64,000 nucleotides of DNA from Gammaproteobacteria bacterium (lineage in GTDB: Bacteria; Pseudomonadota; Gammaproteobacteria; JAADHS01). Of this stretch, positions 39,524 through 48,061 are shown piece by piece (position 1 is the first letter of the stretch; each line of letters starts with the position of its first letter). A program made the translations under genes and the position numbers. Under the pieces are notes generated by a model. That model did no database searches. It saw only the letters and a list, made by a program, of their open reading frames with translations, and had not been told where the DNA came from. The stretch spans positions 4,354 to 68,353 of the forward strand of contig JAADHS010000012.1 of assembly GCA_013151745.1 (NCBI GenBank), in the 5' to 3' direction.

Positions 39524-41899
39524 TTATTTTGAGCATACGGCTCTAATCGCTAAAATATCAGTATGGCCTTGAATAACTTTTGCTACGCCATCTTGACGGA
39601 GTGTCCGCATGCCTTCCTGTAAACACGTAGCCACGAGCTGACTAACGGTTGCCTTGGTAAAAATGTCGTGTTTCACTGCATCGGTGCCTATGAGTAATTC
39701 ATGGACTCCAATACGGCCTCGATAACCACTATCGTCACATGTTTTGCAGCCTGTTTTTTTATATAATGTAAATTGTTGCTCATCGTTACTGTATTTTTCT
39801 GTCCACTCAGCTCGTGTTTGTTTATAAATTGTATTGATGCTGTCTTTATCTTTTAGGTCTTTAACATACTCAGTACAATACTCTTTCACTAGATTTTTGA
39901 TTTCTTCTTCGTCAGGTGTATAGGCTTCTTTACAGTCTTTGCAGAGTCGTTTGGCTAATCGTTGTGCCAATATACCCAGCAAGGCATCGGCGAAATTAAA
40001 AGGATCCATACCCATATCCAATAATCGAACAATACTTTCCGGTGCACTATTGGTATGCAATGTGGAAAAAACTAAATGACCGGTTAACGAAGCTTCTACA
40101 CCAGTTGCAACGGTTTCTTGATCCCGCATTTCACCCACCATAATGACATCTGGGTCGGCGCGAAGAAAGGCACGCATTGCATTGGCAAAAGTGAGATCTA
40201 TTTTTGGATTGACTTGCATTTGACGTAGTCCTTTTTGAGTAATCTCAACCGGATCTTCAGCCGTCCATATTTTTCGTTCAGGTGTATTAATGTGACCCAG
40301 TACAGAGTGCAGGGAGGTGGTTTTACCTGAGCCGGTAGGTCCACAGACTAGAAACAATCCATAGGGTTTGGATATCGCTGTTTTCAGTAAAGCCAGGTTA
40401 TGTTCGCTTACGCCCAAGTCATCCAGCGGAATAGGTATGCCACCTGCCAAAATACGCATTACCACATCTTCCTGCCCATTAACAGTGGGCAAGATCGCGA
40501 TACGCAGTTCTAGCTTGCCTCCATTGGGTTTTTTAAATTCTATTTTGCCATCTTGAGGGCGTCGTTTTTCTGAAATATCAAGGCGTGCCAGTATTTTGAT
40601 ACGAGAAATAAGTGCGTTTTTATATTGTGCCGGCACTTCATGATATTTTACCAAAGTACCATCACGACGAAATCGTACCATTACCTTACCTTTGCCTGGG
40701 GAGGGTTCTATGTGGATATCCGAGGCATCAAAGGCTTGTGCATCAATAATAATTTTGTTGAGTAGCTTAACAACGGCATTATCGGCTAAATCGTCTTCAC
40801 TCGTATCTTCTTCATCTTCGGAGGAAAAGGCTTCTAATTCTATGCCGCTATCATCCATGATATCATCAAGAGACTCATCGTTTGCTTCATTACCGGCATA
40901 GTACAGAGAAATAGCTTTACTTATGTCTTCTGCCGTTGCCATCACGGGTTCGACATATTTATTGGTATGAAAACGGAGCTCATCCAGAGCTTCCCAGTCC
41001 ATCGGGTTTTCCAATGCAACTATAAGCTTGTCTTTGTGCAACAAAACGGGAAGAACGGTGTGTTGGTTTGCGATGTTGTAGGGAACGGTTTTAATTTCTT
41101 CACCACCGATATCAATTTTTTCTAACTGAACAAAAGGAATGCCGAGTTTTTTTGCTAAACTTTGTTGAATTTCAGCGGTGGTGACTAAACCTTTTTCAAT
41201 TAAAATTTCGCCAAGAGGAACGCCTGTTTTATTTTTTTGTTCTTCTAATGCCTCATCAATGAGTTCTTGTTCAACCAGTTTTTCGCCAACTAAAATTTCC
41301 CCCAGCTTCATATGAGGCAGTGATTTTTGACGGTTTAGTGCGATAAGCAGATCTTCGGTGTTGGTGATGGCCTTTGATGCTAATATTTCATTGATCTCTG
41401 CTTGTTTTTTTTCTTCGGCAGTCAGTGGTGTTTCGCTTGTACTGTCCGCATCGGAGGTCTTTAATGTTAGACGTTCATTGCCGACCTGGCATTGTTGAAT
41501 TGATTCTAATGGGATAAAGGAGTGTTGATATTTGTTTTGCATGAATTTGGGGTAGAGATAGACCCCTATGTCATCTAATCTGTAGCCTACCGTATCGCCA
41601 TCCAGTATGGAGTCATCATGAAAAACTAACTTGAATTCTTCAGGGGTTAATCCTTTGTTTATAGGCTTTGGTGTGGGTAGGTGAAGCATCTGGATGGCTG
41701 ATATTGGAATTTTAATGGGTGCAGGTTTGCCTTTGAGCACCAGAACTACGAATTTTTTTTGTTGCTCGAATGCGGATAATTTGCCATTAATATTGGTACC
41801 ATTGCGCAGTGACACAATAACCAATTCTCCCGGTTGGACTACCGAGCTGGGGTTACTTTCGCACGTAGGGGGTGTGGGTAAAATTGACTCTTGTTCCAT
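39524..41899 (-). CDS. GspE/PilB-family secretion/pilus ATPase with MshEN-type tandem c-di-GMP-binding motifs and a roughly 190-aa N-terminal extension
   Basis: 791 aa. Walker A GPTGSGKTT, Walker B/Asp box (..VIMVGEMRD..), His box (GHLVFSTLHTN), C-terminal tetracysteine CxxC...CxxC (CKDCKEAY..CKTCDDSGY). N-terminal T2SSE_N region with two 24-aa motifs, KLGEILVGEKLVEQELIDEALEEQ and PLGEILIEKGLVTTAEIQQSLAKK, which resemble the MshEN c-di-GMP-binding motif as remembered. Residues 1 to about 190 are unassigned. Confidence 0.8.
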   Translation of the reverse strand: MEQESILPTPPTCESNPSSVVQPGELVIVSLRNGTNINGKLSAFEQQKKFVVLVLKGKPAPIKIPISAIQMLHLPTPKPINKGLTPEEFKLVFHDDSILDGDTVGYRLDDIGVYLYPKFMQNKYQHSFIPLESIQQCQVGNERLTLKTSDADSTSETPLTAEEKKQAEINEILASKAITNTEDLLIALNRQKSLPHMKLGEILVGEKLVEQELIDEALEEQKNKTGVPLGEILIEKGLVTTAEIQQSLAKKLGIPFVQLEKIDIGGEEIKTVPYNIANQHTVLPVLLHKDKLIVALENPMDWEALDELRFHTNKYVEPVMATAEDISKAISLYYAGNEANDESLDDIMDDSGIELEAFSSEDEEDTSEDDLADNAVVKLLNKIIIDAQAFDASDIHIEPSPGKGKVMVRFRRDGTLVKYHEVPAQYKNALISRIKILARLDISEKRRPQDGKIEFKKPNGGKLELRIAILPTVNGQEDVVMRILAGGIPIPLDDLGVSEHNLALLKTAISKPYGLFLVCGPTGSGKTTSLHSVLGHINTPERKIWTAEDPVEITQKGLRQMQVNPKIDLTFANAMRAFLRADPDVIMVGEMRDQETVATGVEASLTGHLVFSTLHTNSAPESIVRLLDMGMDPFNFADALLGILAQRLAKRLCKDCKEAYTPDEEEIKNLVKEYCTEYVKDLKDKDSINTIYKQTRAEWTEKYSNDEQQFTLYKKTGCKTCDDSGYRGRIGVHELLIGTDAVKHDIFTKATVSQLVATCLQEGMRTLRQDGVAKVIQGHTDILAIRAVCSK

Positions 41900-42293
41900 T
41901 GTCTTTGTGAATTGCTTCCGTGTCAGTTATTACATGTCAGTTCCTTATTATCGACATTCATGGTGTTAGACTTGAGTTCTCTAGTTCCCATTGCTCGCAA
42001 GGACGCGGAAAGATTGCGTAGTAGATTGTTTTCACAATAAAAATTGCGAGTAAGAGGAATAACTGTGTCTATTTGTTAGCGAATACCATGGTACCCCCTT
42101 GAGGGTGTACTAGGTTAAAGGGGCTCACTTACGAGCGGCAAAAACAGGTGGCAGATAAGATTATGTCAAAAAGAAGGGGGGAGATTAATTGATAACTGGA
42201 AATATATTCCGATTAAATTTTTTTATAATTTAAATGGTTAGGTGAATATAACCTTTAAAAAATAGTGCTTTCATTGAAAAGCTGTCTAGTTTA

Positions 42294-43793
42294 GTGCCCA
42301 GCCAGGTAACAAGGAATGATAACGCTGTGACAAATGCGGAACAACGCAGACAATTTATAAAAGAGCTAGGCTTATTGCTGCCTTTTGACGCTTTGTTGAC
42401 TGAGGTAGAAGAAATGCGTCCATATGAATGCGATGGACTGTCGGTCTATCGTCGTTTACCGATGGCTGTGGCTTTGCCCGATCAAGTTGAGCAGGTGCAG
42501 GCGATTATGCGTCTTTGTCATGAATATAAAGTGCCGGTTGTGGCTCGTGGCGCGGGAACGGGCTTGTCTGGAGGTGCTTTGCCGTTGGAGAATGGTTTGT
42601 TGTTGAGCCTGGCCAAATTTAACCGCATCCTTAATATTGACCCCGCTAATGCCCAGGCCACTGTTGAACCGGGTGTGCGTAACCTGGCCATCACTGAGGC
42701 GGCGAAACCGTATAATCTTTATTATGCTCCCGATCCTTCTTCTCAGATCGCCTGTACTATTGGTGGCAATGTCGCGGAAAACTCCGGTGGGGTGCACTGT
42801 CTCAAATATGGTTTAACGGTGCACAATGTGTTGCAGGTGAAAATCATTACCATCGAAGGAGAATTGATGACCCTGGGGAGCGAAACTCTGGACAGTCCGG
42901 GTTATGATTTGCTGGCGTTGATCACCGGTTCTGAAGGCATGTTGGGCATTTTTATTGAGATTATTGTCAAGCTGCTGCCTATTCCAGAACGGGCGCAGGT
43001 CGTACTGGCCGCTTTTGATGATGTTGAAAAAGCGGGTGAAGCGGTGGGGGCCATCATTGCTGAAGGCATTATTCCCGCCGGTTTGGAAATGATGGATAAG
43101 CTGGCTATTCAGGCCGCGGAAGATTTTGTTCACGCCGGTTACCCGCGTGATGCCGCCGCTATTTTACTTTGTGAGCTGGATGGTAGTAACGCCGAAGTTT
43201 CAGAACAAATTATGACGGTGCGCGATGTGCTTAAAAAACAAGGGGCGACCGAGGTACGCACAGCTAAAGATGAGGCGGAACGACAGAGGTTCTGGAAGGG
43301 ACGTAAGTCCGCCTTTCCTGCCGTGGGTCGCCTCGCTCCTGATTATTACTGCATGGACGGTACCATTCCTCGTTATCAACTACCTATCGTATTAAAACGT
43401 ATAAACGACCTCTCTGCTGAGTATGGTTTACCTGTAGCTAATGTGTTTCATGCCGGTGACGGCAATTTGCACCCGTTGATTTTATATGATGCCAACAAAC
43501 CAGGTGAGCTGGAAAAAACCGAAGCGTTCGGCAGTAAAATTTTAGAATTTTGTGTTGCAGTGGGGGGTACGATTACTGGCGAGCATGGCGTTGGTATGGA
43601 GAAAATTGATCAAATGTGTGTGCAGTTTCAGAGTGCTGAACTGAGCCAATTTCACGCCGTTAAGGAAGCCTTTGACCCAGAGCGATTGCTCAACCCCGGT
43701 AAAGCGGTTCCCACCTTGCAACGTTGTGCTGAATTTGGTGCGATGCATGTACATCACGGTCAGTTAAAATACCCTGAACTAGAGCGTTTTTAA
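42294..43793 (+). CDS. glcD: Glycolate oxidase FAD-linked subunit
   Basis: 499 aa with the FAD-binding PCMH domain (..VVARGAGTGLSGGALP..) and the motif PYECDGLS near the N-terminus as in E. coli GlcD. The start is uncertain, somewhere in 42294-42340. Confidence 0.85.
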   Translation: MPSQVTRNDNAVTNAEQRRQFIKELGLLLPFDALLTEVEEMRPYECDGLSVYRRLPMAVALPDQVEQVQAIMRLCHEYKVPVVARGAGTGLSGGALPLENGLLLSLAKFNRILNIDPANAQATVEPGVRNLAITEAAKPYNLYYAPDPSSQIACTIGGNVAENSGGVHCLKYGLTVHNVLQVKIITIEGELMTLGSETLDSPGYDLLALITGSEGMLGIFIEIIVKLLPIPERAQVVLAAFDDVEKAGEAVGAIIAEGIIPAGLEMMDKLAIQAAEDFVHAGYPRDAAAILLCELDGSNAEVSEQIMTVRDVLKKQGATEVRTAKDEAERQRFWKGRKSAFPAVGRLAPDYYCMDGTIPRYQLPIVLKRINDLSAEYGLPVANVFHAGDGNLHPLILYDANKPGELEKTEAFGSKILEFCVAVGGTITGEHGVGMEKIDQMCVQFQSAELSQFHAVKEAFDPERLLNPGKAVPTLQRCAEFGAMHVHHGQLKYPELERF

Positions 43794-43795
43794 GG

Positions 43796-44893
43796 GTGAT
43801 TTTGCAGATTAAAAACCAGTGTATCAGCGAGCAACTACAAAGCCAGGTACTGCGTGCTATTGATGAGCAGATGTCGCTCAACATTGTCGCGGGTAACAGC
43901 AAGCGCTTTCTGGGTCGTTCGGTTCAGGCAAAGTGTCGTGTTCTGGATATCAGCGCACACTGCGGCATCATTGAATATAACCCTTGCGAGCTGGTGCTTA
44001 CTGCCCGTGCCGGTACACCGCTGAAAGAAGTTGAAAAAATATTGGCGGAAAATGGACAAATGTTGCCTTTTGAACCCCCCCACTTTGCGGGTGGAGCGAC
44101 CTTGGGAGGGGCGATAGCCAGTGGCCTTTCCGGGCCACGCCGTCCTTATGCGGGTTCTGCCCGAGACTTGGTGTTGGGTTGTAAATTGCTCAATGGCCGG
44201 GGGGAAATCCTTCGCTTTGGGGGGCAGGTGATGAAAAATGTCGCGGGCTATGATGTTTCCCGGTTGATGGTCGGAGCCTATGGCACCTTGGGCGTACTGC
44301 TGGAAATCAGTCTCAAAGTTCTGCCTCGACCTGTCGTGTCTACGACCTATTGTCACGAATGTAAGCCCGAGGCGGCGATTCGTTTTATGAACGATTTGCT
44401 GCGACGGGCGCTGCCAGTGGATGGTGCTTGTTATTACAAAGGCCAATGTTATGTTCGTATTTCTGGTAGTCAACAGGCCGTGACTACCGCCAGCAATGAC
44501 ATTCCGGGCGAAGCACTGAGTTACCAATCACATTTTTGGCAGAATTTACGTGACCACCAGCTTTCATTTTTTCAGACCAATACGTCACTTTGGCGCATCA
44601 GTTGCAAGCCCGCCACAGCGCCCATCAAAATAAAAGGTATTGCAGCAGTCAATGACTGGTTGCTTGACTGGGGTGGTGCTCAGCGTTGGTTGGTCGGTGA
44701 CATTGAAGCAGGTCGGGTTCGTGATCCTGTTTTAAGCCAAGGGGGGCATACCACTTGCTTTCGTGGCATTAAAAATAATGTTGATGTTTTTCAGCCCTTG
44801 TCACAGCCTATGTTGACATTGCAACAGCGTCTCAAAAAAAGTTTTGATCCCCTGGGTCTTTTTAACCCTGGCCGGATGTATGCAGCGCTATAG
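43796..44893 (+). CDS. glcE: Glycolate oxidase FAD-binding subunit
   Basis: 365 aa FAD-binding PCMH-type protein, directly after glcD. Confidence 0.8.
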   Translation: MILQIKNQCISEQLQSQVLRAIDEQMSLNIVAGNSKRFLGRSVQAKCRVLDISAHCGIIEYNPCELVLTARAGTPLKEVEKILAENGQMLPFEPPHFAGGATLGGAIASGLSGPRRPYAGSARDLVLGCKLLNGRGEILRFGGQVMKNVAGYDVSRLMVGAYGTLGVLLEISLKVLPRPVVSTTYCHECKPEAAIRFMNDLLRRALPVDGACYYKGQCYVRISGSQQAVTTASNDIPGEALSYQSHFWQNLRDHQLSFFQTNTSLWRISCKPATAPIKIKGIAAVNDWLLDWGGAQRWLVGDIEAGRVRDPVLSQGGHTTCFRGIKNNVDVFQPLSQPMLTLQQRLKKSFDPLGLFNPGRMYAAL

Positions 44894-44908
44894 GATCAAA
44901 TATTTATT

Positions 44909-46141
44909 ATGCAAACGGTTATTGATTCGGCGTTAAAAAAACGGAAAAATAGTGCCGAAATAGCTGAGGCAGAGACGATTTTACGCGCCTGTGTGCATTG
45001 CGGTTTTTGTATCGCCACCTGTCCCACTTACCAGATTTTGGGCGATGAACTGGACAGTCCACGGGGACGTATCTATCTCATCAAGAGTCTATTGGAGGGA
45101 AAGGAGGCAACGGAGAAGACACGTCTGCACCTTGATCGATGTCTCACTTGCCGTTCGTGCGAAACTACCTGTCCCTCCGGTGTACGCTACAATCGCTTGA
45201 TTGAGGTGGGTCGCACGCTGATTGAAGAGCAGGTTCCTCGTCCTTTTTTCGATCGCCTTAAACGCAAGTTATTGCTCAAGTGGTTACCTGATAGGCGCAA
45301 GATAGGCCGTCTTATTAAAACAGGGCAATGGCTCAGGCCACTGTTGCCTGAGGCGATTAAAATTAAATTGCCTGGTAAAACAAGCCCACTCAGACCCCGT
45401 CCTACTACTCAGCACGCTCGCCGTATGTTAGTGCTGGAAGGGTGTGTACAGCCCCACACGACACCTAATACCAATGCCGTGACAGCCAGAGTACTCGACC
45501 GGTTGGGTATTTTGTTGCTTAGCGCCGCACAGGCCGGTTGCTGCGGTGCGATTAATCAGCACCTTGCCGATGCAGAAAAGGCTAAACAACGCATGCGTGC
45601 TAATATTGATGCTTGGTGGCCTTATATAGAAGAAAAGATTGAAGCTATCGTGTTCACCGCCAGTGGTTGTGGTCTTATGGTGAAAGAATATGGTGAAGTG
45701 TTAAAATATGATTCTGCCTACGCTGAAAAAGCGCGTAAGGTCAGTGCTCTGGCTAAAGACATCAGCGAAATTTTGGCGAATGAAATATTTAGCTGTGCTT
45801 TATCCGAACCCGGGGTACCATTGGGGAAGGGGATTAAAGTAGCCTACCATGCTGCCTGCACCTTGCAACACGGGCAAAAAATTTCCGGAGTCGTCGAAAA
45901 ACTACTGAAACATTATGGTTATACCCTCACGCCTGTAGCTGATGGCCATCTTTGTTGCGGCGCAGCCGGAACCTATAGCCTGTTGCAACCGGTGTTATCG
46001 CAACAATTGCTTCAACAAAAGGTGGGACATCTGGTGGAAGGCGCGCCAGATATTATTGTCACCGCCAATGTGGGTTGTCAGTTGCATTTGGCGGAAAAAA
46101 GTAAAATACCGGTAAAACATTGGGTTGAATTGTTAGATTGA
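44909..46141 (+). CDS. glcF: Glycolate oxidase iron-sulfur subunit
   Basis: 410 aa: two 4Fe-4S CxxCxxCxxxCP motifs (CVHCGFCIATCP, CLTCRSCETTCP) and C-terminal CCG domains. Confidence 0.85.
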   Translation: MQTVIDSALKKRKNSAEIAEAETILRACVHCGFCIATCPTYQILGDELDSPRGRIYLIKSLLEGKEATEKTRLHLDRCLTCRSCETTCPSGVRYNRLIEVGRTLIEEQVPRPFFDRLKRKLLLKWLPDRRKIGRLIKTGQWLRPLLPEAIKIKLPGKTSPLRPRPTTQHARRMLVLEGCVQPHTTPNTNAVTARVLDRLGILLLSAAQAGCCGAINQHLADAEKAKQRMRANIDAWWPYIEEKIEAIVFTASGCGLMVKEYGEVLKYDSAYAEKARKVSALAKDISEILANEIFSCALSEPGVPLGKGIKVAYHAACTLQHGQKISGVVEKLLKHYGYTLTPVADGHLCCGAAGTYSLLQPVLSQQLLQQKVGHLVEGAPDIIVTANVGCQLHLAEKSKIPVKHWVELLD

Positions 46142-46160
46142 ATATTATTAAGGAACAAGT

Positions 46161-47348
46161 ATGACTATAAAATCATTTCATCCTCCTCAACGTACCTTGA
46201 TGGGACCTGGGCCGTCTGATGTTAATCCCCGTGTTTTGGAGGCGATGTCACGCCCCACAATCGGCCATCTGGATCCCGTTTTTGTGGGTATGATGGACGA
46301 AGTGAAGACACTGCTTAAATACGCCTTTCAAACAAAAAATGAGTTAACCATGCCGGTTTCTGCTCCAGGTTCTGCCGGAATGGAAACGTGCTTCGCTAAT
46401 TTGGTAGAGCTGGGTGACAAGGTTATTGTCTGCCAAAACGGCGTATTCGGTGGTCGTATGAAAGAAAATGTCGAGCGCTGTGGTGGCATCGCTGTCATGG
46501 TGGAAGATGCCTGGGGTGAAGCGGTTAACCCACAAAAGCTGGAAGAGGCGTTGCAAGCCAACAGCGATGCGAAAATTGTCGCCTTCGTTCATGCTGAAAC
46601 GTCTACCGGCGCTCAGTCTGACGTGAAAATTCTGGTCGAAATGGCTCATAAGCACGACTGTCTGACTATCGTGGATGCGGTGACCTCGCTGGGTGGTACT
46701 CCGGTACGAGTCGATGAATGGCAGATTGATGCTATTTACTCCGGTACGCAAAAATGTCTCTCCTGTACGCCAGGGCTTTCTCCTGTGAGCTTCAGCGAGC
46801 GAGCGCTGGATAAAGTTCGAAATCGCAGTAGCAAAGTACAAAGCTGGTTCCTCGATCTAAATTTAGTGATGGGATATTGGGGGGGGGAAGGCAAGCGTGC
46901 GTATCACCACACCGCACCGATCAACGCCCTCTACGGTTTGCATGAATCGCTGGTGATTTTGCAAGAAGAGGGGCTGGACAATGCCTGGGCTCGCCACGCT
47001 AAACACCATCAAGCATTACGTGCGGGTTTGGAAGCGATGGGGTTGAGTTTTATTGTGGATGAAGCGTCGCGCCTACCTCAGCTCAATGCCGTCTCTATTC
47101 CTGAAGGCATTGATGATGCTACCGTACGAGCTACGTTGCTGAGGGATTATTCACTGGAGATCGGTGCTGGGCTGGGTGTCATGGCCGGTAAAGTGTGGCG
47201 TATCGGTCTGATGGGATATGCCTGTAATGCCCGCAATGTTCTCACCTGTTTGGGTGCGTTGGACGACGTACTGAGTCGTCACAATGCAGCGATTGAGCGT
47301 GGTGTGGCTGTCGCTTCTGCTCAAACGGTGTTGGCAGCCAAAGCATAG
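46161..47348 (+). CDS. Class V aminotransferase (serine--glyoxylate / alanine--glyoxylate aminotransferase type)
   Basis: 395 aa with AGXT-like N-terminal motifs (LMGPGPSDV, ..SGTQKCLS..). The PLP lysine is in the SGTQK context. Confidence 0.8.
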   Translation: MTIKSFHPPQRTLMGPGPSDVNPRVLEAMSRPTIGHLDPVFVGMMDEVKTLLKYAFQTKNELTMPVSAPGSAGMETCFANLVELGDKVIVCQNGVFGGRMKENVERCGGIAVMVEDAWGEAVNPQKLEEALQANSDAKIVAFVHAETSTGAQSDVKILVEMAHKHDCLTIVDAVTSLGGTPVRVDEWQIDAIYSGTQKCLSCTPGLSPVSFSERALDKVRNRSSKVQSWFLDLNLVMGYWGGEGKRAYHHTAPINALYGLHESLVILQEEGLDNAWARHAKHHQALRAGLEAMGLSFIVDEASRLPQLNAVSIPEGIDDATVRATLLRDYSLEIGAGLGVMAGKVWRIGLMGYACNARNVLTCLGALDDVLSRHNAAIERGVAVASAQTVLAAKA

Positions 47349-47358
47349 CGTAAGGAAT

Positions 47359-47388
47359 GGAACCCGCAGTGGATCCACTGCGGGTTCC
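47359..47388. terminator. Bidirectional rho-independent terminator between convergent genes
   Basis: Perfect 13-bp stem GGAACCCGCAGTG / CACTGCGGGTTCC with a GATC loop, then GTTTATT on the plus strand. It lies 11 bp after the aminotransferase stop and 5 bp from the minus-strand gene stop. Confidence 0.6.
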
Positions 47389-47392
47389 AGGT

Positions 47393-47704
47393 TTATTCAG
47401 GTGTTTCGATATAGTTTTCGTCATCCGTTTCATTTTCGCCAGACCAGCCCGCCGTCTTGGCTTTATCGAATGCCGCACCGTGGATTCGAGTGTGACGTTC
47501 TCTTAATTCTTTAGGTAAGCGACTCACTAAACAAGCATATTTGCCCCATTCAGCATTGACTTCTTGAAGTAATGCGTCAAGACGGCCTAGATTCCAACCG
47601 GTACAATCTTTTGTTTCAGGGAGAAGATCAAATACCCATGCATCTCTAATGATTTTTCCAATCGAGGTCATTCCTCCCCAGTCTTCGTTGTTTAAATCCG
47701 ACAT
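47393..47704 (-). CDS. Small acidic hypothetical protein
   Basis: 103 aa ORF convergent with the glc operon. No domain recognised. Confidence 0.45.
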   Translation of the reverse strand: MSDLNNEDWGGMTSIGKIIRDAWVFDLLPETKDCTGWNLGRLDALLQEVNAEWGKYACLVSRLPKELRERHTRIHGAAFDKAKTAGWSGENETDDENYIETPE

Positions 47705-48061
47705 AAGTCTTTGCTCTGTTCATCGTTTATCTCTCATGGAAGGGATTGAGTAGTGTAAAAACTTCCCTATCATGATAACGATGAGTAGGGAAACTTTTAA
47801 TCTTTGGCATTGACTGCTTGAGCTATATTATACAGCTTCAGTTAGAAGTGTCAGGTCAAGTCGAAACTAACTCAAAGCCTAACTTAAGAAAAGTTAAAAT
47901 TTCTTTTATTATGTATGGTTTCAGAACTGTACACAACTTCAGCTTAACTTGCCTTGTTTGAGGCTGGACAGATCAATACATAATGTCTAGATTAATGATG
48001 GCGCTGTGTGATGAATTCGTGGTCAAATAGACCCATTAAATCATAAAATAAAAAGAAGCAA

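Noticed and set aside
41900-42293. A possible palindrome or regulatory repeat in the divergent ATPase-glcD promoter region (CCATGGTACCCCCTTGAGGGTGTAC)
   Set aside because: The inverted symmetry is short and imperfect, and it is not repeated elsewhere in the window. That is too little evidence to call an operator.
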